Assembly: GCA_030586555.1 (NCBI GenBank)
Contig: JAURAC010000016.1
Coordinates: 37,961 to 73,609 of the forward strand
Direction: 5' to 3'
Length of the DNA stretch: 35,649 bases
From: Candidatus Subterrananammoxibius californiae
GTDB taxonomy: Bacteria > Planctomycetota > Brocadiia > Brocadiales > Subterrananammoxibiaceae
Below the pieces are notes generated by a model. That model did no database searches. It was given only the letters and a program-made list of their open reading frames with translations, and was not told where the DNA came from. Of this stretch, positions 27,136-34,634 are shown piece by piece. The position numbers and the translations under genes were made by a program. Numbering within the stretch: the stretch's first letter is position 1; every line of letters begins with the position of its first letter.

Positions 27136-27951
27136 TTACTTCGTCTTGACTGTTCTCGCCTTTATCTTTCCATCGGTCTGGCGTTTTCCCTTAGCGGTTA
27201 TCTTCTGCCCTACGCTTAGGCCTGAAAAACTGGTTGTCGTCCCCTTAAATTTGGATGAAGAGGAAACCCCAATTGTTTCTCCCTTAACTACAAGCTCCCC
27301 CTCCTCGGGATTCGATGCGTCCGGGGTAATTACGCTAATTTTACCCTTAACTGTAGTAAAGTTCTGTATAGGTGGTCCATGTATGGTAGTAGTTGTTGTA
27401 GGGATTGTCGTAGTTGTAGTTGCTCCTGGACAGGTGTAGTTATACACTTCAACCTCGTATGCCTGTAATGTTCCGTTCAGCCACCATCCCTCAGCCTTTA
27501 CCTGATGTCCAACCTGAAGGTTGCTAAAGGTGGGCAATGGGCATGGTGAGTGTTCAGCCTTAATTTGAGCTATGTTTGCAAGAACCTCAAAAGTTTGACT
27601 GTTCTTCGTCATTACTTCAAAGCTCTCGTTATTGGAATCAATCGAGGTTATATTCCCATAAATCTTTACCTCGTTACCGTTATCATTGCCATTTCCATTA
27701 TCATTGTCATTATCGTTCTGGTTGTCATTGCTGTTGTCGTCGTCATTAGAATTGCCGTTGTGGTTGTCATCGCTATTGCTATTGTCGTTATCATTGTTGT
27801 TCTCATTCCAGGCGTCATCGCTACTTGCCATCAAGACGCCCACCTGCCATCTGTCGGGTAGGCATGTAGCAGACAACGAAAATATCAATGCGGCGAGTAT
27901 AGAAATTAGTACGGTAATATTACACTTCATTTTAATCCTCCAAAAAAACAT
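27136..27951 (-). CDS. Secreted DUF5666-like protein with an Asn/Asp-rich tract and a Thr-rich linker (start probably the second Met, MKCNIT, after GGAGG)
   Basis: Signal peptide, (ND)n tract, LQVGHQVKAEG...LQAYEVEV, LSVGQKITAKG...IKARTV. Confidence 0.75.
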   Translation of the reverse strand: MFFWRIKMKCNITVLISILAALIFSLSATCLPDRWQVGVLMASSDDAWNENNNDNDNSNSDDNHNGNSNDDDNSNDNQNDNDNDNGNGNDNGNEVKIYGNITSIDSNNESFEVMTKNSQTFEVLANIAQIKAEHSPCPLPTFSNLQVGHQVKAEGWWLNGTLQAYEVEVYNYTCPGATTTTTIPTTTTTIHGPPIQNFTTVKGKISVITPDASNPEEGELVVKGETIGVSSSSKFKGTTTSFSGLSVGQKITAKGKRQTDGKIKARTVKTK

Positions 27952-28131
27952 TTTAAACCTGTTCCTGCCCCTGATTAAATCATGGGTTCAGGAATTCAAA
28001 TAGACAGAAAAAACTTTCCCATTCGCCCAAAGAATGGCGAGCCCGCCGTCATTTGGACAGATTTTTTTATTTTCTTATGCTCACCTCCCGAAAAAATGAT
28101 TGTCAATTGTTTTGCGTTTGCGTGGTAAACC

Positions 28132-28770
28132 CTACCGGGCTTTAACGAGGGTTGCCTTAACGGTGCCATCCGTCTGGGGCAGTCCTTTAACCTTTACTAA
28201 TTGACCCTGATAAAGCCCGGAAATATCACTTGCGGTTCCCTTAAATTTAGTGCTTCCTCTAATACTTACAGTATAATTTTTGACAACGATTACGCTTGCG
28301 TTAATATCTATTAGAGAAATGTTGTCTTTAATGGTGATATTGCCACTCGCCTGGCATCCTGTTCCGTTATAATTTTTTACCTCAATTTCTATTGCATCAA
28401 CATAGGTAGGGCGCTCCCAGCCGCTAACCTCTACGTAATGACCAATTTGAAGGTAGCAGAAGGTGAGGTGTGGGCCATGGTCGGCTTCAATCTCGGTATA
28501 GTTAGAAGTCTTAAAGGTGCGTCCACCGGCAACAAAGGTCTTTTTACTATAATTTATTGATGTGATGGTTCCATAATATTTAATCCCATCGTCTGCCTGT
28601 GCGGTGTTAATAGAAATTGCCCCTGTAGTGAAAAATAAGAGCGCCAATAGAAAAAGGGCTGAAGGCTGAGGAAAAGATAGGCTGAAGGAAAAATCTTTTT
28701 CTTCAGCCCTCAGCCTTAAGCCTGCAGCCTTTTGGCTAACGAATCTAAAGGAAGACAAGATTTTATTCAT
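28132..28770 (-). CDS. Secreted protein with two DUF5666-like domains
   Basis: AQA|DD signal site; LQIGHYVEVSG...AIEIEV; LYQGQLVKVKG...VKATLV. Confidence 0.72.
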   Translation of the reverse strand: MNKILSSFRFVSQKAAGLRLRAEEKDFSFSLSFPQPSALFLLALLFFTTGAISINTAQADDGIKYYGTITSINYSKKTFVAGGRTFKTSNYTEIEADHGPHLTFCYLQIGHYVEVSGWERPTYVDAIEIEVKNYNGTGCQASGNITIKDNISLIDINASVIVVKNYTVSIRGSTKFKGTASDISGLYQGQLVKVKGLPQTDGTVKATLVKAR

Positions 28771-28782
28771 GCTGGTGCAATT

Positions 28783-28798
28783 CGCAAGGTCTATGCCA
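28783..28798 (-). promoter_or_regulatory. Sigma-54 (-24/-12) promoter motif
   Basis: TGGCATAGACCTTGCG (GG-N10-GC). Confidence 0.65.
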
Positions 28799-28971
28799 CA
28801 GATTAATGAACAATATAAGCTGATAAGGGTATTTTACAGCAAGTCTCAGGCTGGCAAGGGGTTTGCACCAATTGTATATTTTGTGGGACTGTCGAGGGGT
28901 TAGTGGTGGACTTTAATTTGGTCGGGTATATCTATAAATCTTACATGGTTTTGCTTGTAAAAATTACCTCG

Positions 28972-29062
28972 GTAGGGGTGTCCGCCTGAGGCGGACTGCG
29001 CCCTTTCTGCCTGTGCGTGGCACGCAGACAGGATTATTGGGCAGGACAAGCCCCGCCCCTAC
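28972..29062 (+). repeat. 91-bp composite REP-like element, copy 1
   Basis: GTAGGGG[TCCGCCTGAGGCGGA][CTGCCTGTGCGTGGCACGCAGACAGG]GCCCCTAC; 6 mismatches to 32065-32155. Confidence 0.9.
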
Positions 29063-29064
29063 AT

Positions 29065-29241
29065 TTACCGGTTACGTTTCAATCGTTCTATCATCCTTTC
29101 AATCTCCTCCTCTGGCCAGCGAAGATGGAGACCCTTGCGGATGGGTTTTGGGAACTCGCCTTTTTCTATCCAGTTCATTATCGTCCAGCGAGTAACCCCG
29201 AATAGTTTGCATATATCGGATAACTTTAAAAAGCGTACCAT
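29065..29241 (-). CDS. AlpA/excisionase-like HTH protein; start reassigned to ATG 29241
   Basis: FLKLSDICKLFGVTRWTIMNWIEKGEFPKPI.....RWP. Confidence 0.85.
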   Translation of the reverse strand: MVRFLKLSDICKLFGVTRWTIMNWIEKGEFPKPIRKGLHLRWPEEEIERMIERLKRNR

Positions 29242-29296
29242 AGGGAAAAGAAGAAGTTGAGAAGTTAAGTAGGGGCAAACGGCTGTTCGCCCTATC

Positions 29297-29512
29297 CTAT
29301 TCAAGTGTTTGACCGTCTATTACATCCGTTTCAACCTCGTTGTAAATACACTCGATGCCCTTTGAATCTGCATGATGAAAGTATTCGCACCTTCCTGCCT
29401 GTGCGATGCACGCAGAGAGGCAAGCAGGACAGTAAGCGCCTACCACATGCGACATAACACCATTTTCATCGTCCACGCTGAGGATTGTCCATGTTTCAAT
29501 TGGAATTAGCAT
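29297..29512 (-). CDS. Small hypothetical protein (phage early-gene-like)
   Basis: RBS-like AAGGA; same strand and operon as the AlpA-like gene. Confidence 0.5.
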   Translation of the reverse strand: MLIPIETWTILSVDDENGVMSHVVGAYCPACLSACIAQAGRCEYFHHADSKGIECIYNEVETDVIDGQTLE

Positions 29513-29553
29513 TTGCCACCATCCTTTTCTAATGTGGAATTCGGATTGCAGAA

Positions 29554-29883
29554 TTAAAATATCTTCCTTTTGACTTTCCGCATTCCACGCTCCGCATTCC
29601 GCATTTGGCTGAGCTCTTTTTTAAGCTCCCTTCTTATTGCCATCAGCTGCTCCAAATGTGAGGTACAAAAGGAGCACGCAATATCAATGCTCGCGTTACG
29701 AAGCAGTTCGGATAAAAACACAATATCATGCCCGATAAATTCGGCACAAATAAAATTCTCAAGTTCACCCCGTTGCAATTTGCTATGGGGCTCACGTCGA
29801 AAAGCAAGTCCGATGGATTTACTTTTTGCCTCTTGACTATGCTTAGTGTATTTTTTGGCTTCCATTTCACGACATGTCGTCAT
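29554..29883 (-). CDS. Hypothetical protein
   Basis: RBS AAGGGGG; overlaps the upstream ORF. Confidence 0.5.
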   Translation of the reverse strand: MTTCREMEAKKYTKHSQEAKSKSIGLAFRREPHSKLQRGELENFICAEFIGHDIVFLSELLRNASIDIACSFCTSHLEQLMAIRRELKKELSQMRNAERGMRKVKRKIF

Positions 29884-30175
29884 GACGTGTATTCCCCCTT
29901 TCTTTTCCGCCAGAGGCGGATTTTCGCCCAGGCGAATCCGCCTCTGGCGTGACAGGAATGGTTTCTAACAATTTATCCAGGCGTTTCTTTACTGAACTCT
30001 GCACCATAAGCCATAGAAAAGAACCTTCCGTTTGTACCATCTCACGGACGCTTCCATCGTCATGCGCAAGAATATCATTAACAATTTCCTCCTTTGAACA
30101 GTATTGGTCGCAGCGGAGCTGGTAAAGTTCTTTAAAAGACTTTTGCAAAAGCTTTTCTCGCATTATTTCTCCCAT
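29867..30175 (-). CDS. Hypothetical protein; start reassigned to ATG 30175
   Basis: Strong RBS AAGGAGG 8 nt upstream. Confidence 0.6.
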   Translation of the reverse strand: MGEIMREKLLQKSFKELYQLRCDQYCSKEEIVNDILAHDDGSVREMVQTEGSFLWLMVQSSVKKRLDKLLETIPVTPEADSPGRKSASGGKERGNTRHDDMS

Positions 30176-30289
30176 ATTGTTGTCCTCCTTGCCCGCCATT
30201 AATTGGGCGGAGTGATTTTATTTGCTTTATGTTCCACCATTCTGGTAAAATTTATTTGCTTGTTTTAAAAAGACAAGGGAGGCAATACC

Positions 30290-30481
30290 ATGGCAGACAT
30301 TAATGACGTAAAGGTAAAGATTCTGGAAATGGCTCGTAATCTCATCCTCGACATAGAGGCTCCAAGCGAAATAAGAGGCAGCGGGCTTCTTAAGGTCGAA
30401 AATTACCTTGAGGCATACGAGAAGGCGTACAATCGTCTCTGCGAACTGACCGGCATAGAGGTAACTGAGAAGGTACCCTGA
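30290..30481 (+). CDS. Small acidic helical hypothetical protein (63 aa)
   Basis: Strong RBS AAGGGAGG; protein-like composition. Confidence 0.55.
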   Translation: MADINDVKVKILEMARNLILDIEAPSEIRGSGLLKVENYLEAYEKAYNRLCELTGIEVTEKVP

Positions 30482-30542
30482 ATATCTGAGCATTTTTGCA
30501 TCCCCGTTATATAGTGAGGCTATGTTTTCTTACGCGATTGCG

Positions 30543-30707
30543 TATTATAGCACAATTTCGTATTTTTTCCGTACTTTATTATAGCACAACTCTTGTTGCC
30601 GTGCAAATGTTTTCTATATTTTCGTCACAACATACGTTATTATAAGCAGTTATGAATGGTACGGCGTTTCGTATTTGAATTGTAATACACATCGTATTTT
30701 TTTCGTA
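30543..30707. promoter_or_regulatory. Divergent promoter/operator region of a phage-type switch
   Basis: Two leftward TTGTGCTATAATA extended -10 boxes (30543-30555, 30577-30589; TTGCAC 17 nt upstream of the latter). Repeated TCGTATTTTTTYCGTA at 30558-30573 and 30692-30707. Confidence 0.6.
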
Positions 30708-30715
30708 ATATTACT

Positions 30716-31354
30716 ATGAAACTCATGGACAAGCTAAGGCATTTGAGAGACACAAGGGGCTGGACAAAAAAAGACGTTGCCAGAAAAGCAGGCGTAGCCT
30801 ATACTACATACGCAGAATATGAAAGAAAAAAACGTCAAAGTAAGCCAACTATCAAGCACGCACGGGCAATTGCGAGGGTATTTGGATTAAGTGCAGATTA
30901 TCTGCTTGACGAAACAAAGGGTTATCCACCGCCTCCAGAAACCCAGAGACCATCTTCTTTAATAAACATCATTGGCTTAGTCTCCGCAGGTGAAACAGAG
31001 ATTGCCTATGATGATGCCGGTCTTCCAGTAGGCGGGTCAATTGAAGAACCACTTGAGAGACCTTATGACGTTAAGGATGCGCACACCTATGGGCTATTAA
31101 TTGAAGGCAACAGCATGCTTCCCGGATATCCTAAAGGGACAAAAGTTGTCGTATGCCCTTCCGAGACGGTAAAAACAGGCGATATTGTTATATGCCGTCT
31201 GCGCAGTACAGGAAAGGTTTACATTAAAGAGATTAAATTTCAAGGCGATGTAGTGATACTGAGTTCTCACAATACGACGAGCTACCCCCCTACGGCAGTT
31301 CCACAAAAAGACATTCTCTTTTGCCATAAGGTTGTGTGGGTAAGAAGGCCATAA
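30716..31354 (+). CDS. CI/LexA-like repressor: XRE HTH plus S24 peptidase
   Basis: N-terminal HTH; VSAG cleavage site; GNSM catalytic Ser; YIK catalytic Lys. Confidence 0.9.
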   Translation: MKLMDKLRHLRDTRGWTKKDVARKAGVAYTTYAEYERKKRQSKPTIKHARAIARVFGLSADYLLDETKGYPPPPETQRPSSLINIIGLVSAGETEIAYDDAGLPVGGSIEEPLERPYDVKDAHTYGLLIEGNSMLPGYPKGTKVVVCPSETVKTGDIVICRLRSTGKVYIKEIKFQGDVVILSSHNTTSYPPTAVPQKDILFCHKVVWVRRP

Positions 31355-31504
31355 TTAGTTCATAGTTCATAGCCTGTAACAGAAGAAGATAGGAACTTAA
31401 GCAGTTAGGAAGTTGGGATGTAAAATATCTGCTTCTGAACTTCCGGACTTCTCATCTTCTTAACTTCTGAGCTATCAGCTATGAGCCATGAGCCACGAGC
31501 TAAA

Positions 31505-32068
31505 ATGGTTCTTATAATAGACAATTACGATTCCTTCACTTATAACCTTGTTCAGGCAGTTGGGGCAATGGGAGCGGAGGTAACCGTCATGAGAAATGAT
31601 AAGGTTACAATCCCCCAGATTGAGCAAATGAACCCCGGGCACATCATTATATCCCCAGGTCCATGCACGCCGAAGGAAGGGGGCATCTCTAATGACGTAA
31701 TTAAGCGCCTTTCGGGAAAGATCCCCATCCTCGGCGTCTGTCTCGGACACCAGTGTATAGCATATTCTTACGGGGCTGATGTGGTAAGAGCACGCAGGCT
31801 CATGCACGGAAAGACCTCGATGATTATGCACGATGGAAAGACAATATTTAAAGGCATTCAGAACCCATTTGAGGCTACACGGTACCACTCTCTGATAGTT
31901 AAGGAAGACACCTTGCCGGACTGTTTTGAGGTTTCTGCAAGGGCAGATGAGGACGAGGTAATGGGCATCAGGCACAAGGAGTTTCCACTCGAAGGTGTTC
32001 AATTCCACCCCGAATCTTTTCTGACGGAGGAGGGCCCAAAGTTGCTCAAGAATTTCCTCAGTAGGTAG
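31505..32068 (+). CDS. trpG: Anthranilate/aminodeoxychorismate synthase component II (glutamine amidotransferase, TrpG/PabA); start reassigned to ATG 31505
   Basis: IDNYDSFTYNL, SPGPC, GVCLGHQ, RYHSL, GVQFHPES. Confidence 0.92.
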   Translation: MVLIIDNYDSFTYNLVQAVGAMGAEVTVMRNDKVTIPQIEQMNPGHIIISPGPCTPKEGGISNDVIKRLSGKIPILGVCLGHQCIAYSYGADVVRARRLMHGKTSMIMHDGKTIFKGIQNPFEATRYHSLIVKEDTLPDCFEVSARADEDEVMGIRHKEFPLEGVQFHPESFLTEEGPKLLKNFLSR

Positions 32069-32155
32069 GGGCGTCCGCCTGAGGCGGACTGCGCCCTTTC
32101 TGCCTGTGCGTGGCACGCAGACAGGATTATTGGACGGGACTTGCCCTGCCCCTAC
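32065..32155 (+). repeat. 91-bp composite REP-like element, copy 2; supplies the trpG TAG stop
   Basis: Direct repeat of 28972-29062. Confidence 0.9.
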
Positions 32156-32173
32156 GTCCAGGAAAATTATACA

Positions 32174-33124
32174 TTGAAAAACTTCGCTGACCGACTAATC
32201 GAGATTATAGGGAAAAAGAATACCCCCGTATGTGTCGGGCTTGACCCATCCGCTTCAGGCGGAGAATCTATTCCACAGAAAATAACACAATCTGCCTATA
32301 AAAGATTCGGTAAGGGGCTTAGAGGCACAGCAGAAGCCATCTACCAATTCAACCTTAGCATAATTGATATTACATCCCCCTATATTGGAATCGTAAAGCC
32401 CCAGATAGCATTTTACGAAGCGTGCGGTTACTGGGGAATCAAGGCTTATATAGATACAATTAAATACGCCCATAAAAAAGGTCTTATCGTTATAGGTGAT
32501 ATTAAAAGGGGAGACGTACCACACACCGCAGAGGCTTATGCCGAAGCACACCTCGGAGGACCCTATGCGACAGACGCTGTTACTGTAAATCCATATCTTG
32601 GCGAGGACAGCATAGCGCCGTTTATTAAAATGGCAGAGAAATTCGGCAAGGGCGTATTTGTGCTTGTAAAAACAACGAATCCTTCTTCATCCGATTTTCA
32701 GGATTTGCTTGTAGGGCATCCGCCTCAGGCGGACAACGTGCCCCTACACCGATACGTTGCGGAAAAGGTTAACCAGTGGGGCAAACCGCTAATCGGTAAA
32801 AGCAGGTATAGCTCAATCGGTGCCGTGCTTAGCGCAGATGCAGCACGCCACCTTAGAACCATAATGCCGAAATCATTTTTTCTTATCCCGGGCTTCGGCG
32901 CACAGGGTGCAACTGCAAAAGATGTTAAACACTGTTTCAATCCCGACGGGTATGGCGCCATAATCAGCGCCTCACGTTCCATCATATACGCATGGACGAC
33001 CTCACCATGGAAAGAAAAATACGGACCAAAGAAGTGGGAACAGGCAGTAGAAGCAGCGATAATTGAGATGAAAAAGGCAATAGGCTGGCAGGAGAAGAAC
33101 ACACCCCCTTCCCCCTCTTTTTAG
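32174..33124 (+). CDS. pyrF: Orotidine-5'-phosphate decarboxylase (subfamily 2); probable TTG start at 32174
   Basis: CVGLDP, KPQIAFYE, DIKRGD, TVNPYLG, LIPGFGAQG, SRSII. Confidence 0.92.
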   Translation: MKNFADRLIEIIGKKNTPVCVGLDPSASGGESIPQKITQSAYKRFGKGLRGTAEAIYQFNLSIIDITSPYIGIVKPQIAFYEACGYWGIKAYIDTIKYAHKKGLIVIGDIKRGDVPHTAEAYAEAHLGGPYATDAVTVNPYLGEDSIAPFIKMAEKFGKGVFVLVKTTNPSSSDFQDLLVGHPPQADNVPLHRYVAEKVNQWGKPLIGKSRYSSIGAVLSADAARHLRTIMPKSFFLIPGFGAQGATAKDVKHCFNPDGYGAIISASRSIIYAWTTSPWKEKYGPKKWEQAVEAAIIEMKKAIGWQEKNTPPSPSF

Positions 33125-33197
33125 AGGGGGGAGCACGGCTTTTCCCCTCTACGGGGCACCCAAGCGGTGCCTGGGTCGGGGGATTAAGGGGTGTGTT
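33097..33197. repeat. AACACACCCC...GGGGTGTGTT composite palindrome overlapping the pyrF stop
   Basis: Terminal inverted repeats with internal CCCCCTCT/AGAGGGGG and GGCACC/GGTGCC hairpins. Confidence 0.75.
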
Positions 33198-33229
33198 GGT
33201 GCATGAGGGAGTGATTAAGAGCTTTGAGT

Positions 33230-34621
33230 ATGGAAAATAGTTTTTCAGGAAAAAAGGTAACCGTTATGGGCCTCGGGCTTTTTGGAGGTGGCGTTGGAGT
33301 AACACGCTTCCTCGTTCGACAGGGGGCGCACGTGACCGTTACAGACCTGAAAAGCCCCTCCGAGTTATCAAAATCAATGGAACAGGTTGGGGCAGGTTTA
33401 CCCCGTATTAAATACGGGGCTGCCCCTACTTGCTTTCCTGTGCAATACAGGTTAGGCGAACACAGGGAAGCCGATTTCAAGGATATTGACATGTTGGTAG
33501 TCAACCCTGCTGTCCCAAAAAACTCGCCATTCTTACAGATTGCACGGGAAAATAATGTTCCACTCGAAACGGAGATGAACATATTCTTTAAACTCTGCCC
33601 CGCGCCAATTACAGGGATAACGGGCAGTAACGGCAAATCCACAACAACAGCCCTTCTAAGCAACATGTTGCGAAGCACAGGCAGAAAGACATGGACCGGC
33701 GGTAACATTGGCTATTCACTCCTTGAGCATATTGAGGAGATAAAACCCAATGACTATGTAGTTCTTGAACTTTCAAACTTTCAACTGGAGGACCTTTCCG
33801 CCTCAGGCGGACCTCGCCTGAGCCCGCATATTGGGATTGTTACGAATATATCCCCAAATCACCTCGATAGGCATCCTGACATGCAGGATTATATAAACGC
33901 AAAAAAGGGGATATTTCGACATCAGAAATCCACCGATTATATAATCCTCAACTACGATGACCCTGAGTTAAGGAACTGGGCGAAGGAATGCGTTGGTAAG
34001 GTCGTATGGTTCAGCGCAAAGGTAGAGACGCAAAATTTTGCGTCTCTACGCAATCAGAAATTGCCGGGCATCCACAACACGCAGAATATCCTTGCCGCCG
34101 CAACAGCCGCAAACATATTAGGGGCAAAAGATACACATATCGCAGAAGGGCTGAGCAGTTTTAAAGGGCTTGAGCACAGGCTTGAATTTGTTTCAGAGAT
34201 TGACGGCATTCACTACTATAATGATTCAAAGGCAACCACGCCGGAGGCGGCTATTGCAGCAATAAACGCCTTCAATGCGCCAATCGTGCTCATAGCAGGC
34301 GGCTATGACAAAGGAGTAAGCCTCGACCGTTTTGCAGAGGAGTGTGTTAAGCGTATAAAATATGTTATACTGATAGGGAAGACCGCAGAGAAGATTGCTT
34401 CGCTTATTAAGGAAAAGAAAAGGGAGGGGTGGCACGGACAAACTTGTTTGTCCGTGGCACAGTCTCTCGAGGATGCCGTTGAAAAAGCCAGGGCTTGTGC
34501 AAATGCAGGTGATGTGGTCTTGCTCTCACCAGCATGCGCAAGTTATGATATGTTTGTAAATTATGAGGACAGGGGACGGCAATTTAAGTCGCTCGTTGCT
34601 CGTCGTCCGTTGCCCGAATAA
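33230..34621 (+). CDS. murD: UDP-N-acetylmuramoyl-L-alanine--D-glutamate ligase
   Basis: ITGSNGKSTT, GGNIG, ELSNFQL, NHLDRH, HRLE, NDSKAT, LSPACASYDMF..YEDRG. Confidence 0.95.
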   Translation: MENSFSGKKVTVMGLGLFGGGVGVTRFLVRQGAHVTVTDLKSPSELSKSMEQVGAGLPRIKYGAAPTCFPVQYRLGEHREADFKDIDMLVVNPAVPKNSPFLQIARENNVPLETEMNIFFKLCPAPITGITGSNGKSTTTALLSNMLRSTGRKTWTGGNIGYSLLEHIEEIKPNDYVVLELSNFQLEDLSASGGPRLSPHIGIVTNISPNHLDRHPDMQDYINAKKGIFRHQKSTDYIILNYDDPELRNWAKECVGKVVWFSAKVETQNFASLRNQKLPGIHNTQNILAAATAANILGAKDTHIAEGLSSFKGLEHRLEFVSEIDGIHYYNDSKATTPEAAIAAINAFNAPIVLIAGGYDKGVSLDRFAEECVKRIKYVILIGKTAEKIASLIKEKKREGWHGQTCLSVAQSLEDAVEKARACANAGDVVLLSPACASYDMFVNYEDRGRQFKSLVARRPLPE

Positions 34622-34634
34622 CGAGCTTCTAACT

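Noticed and set aside
27680..27805. Asn/Asp-coding low-complexity tract as a non-coding repeat or mobile element
   Set aside because: In frame, with varied synonymous codons, so it is a protein-level low-complexity region
28972..32155. attL/attR of a prophage
   Set aside because: The repeats are members of dispersed REP-like families, enclose housekeeping trpG, and have no integrase or tRNA beside them
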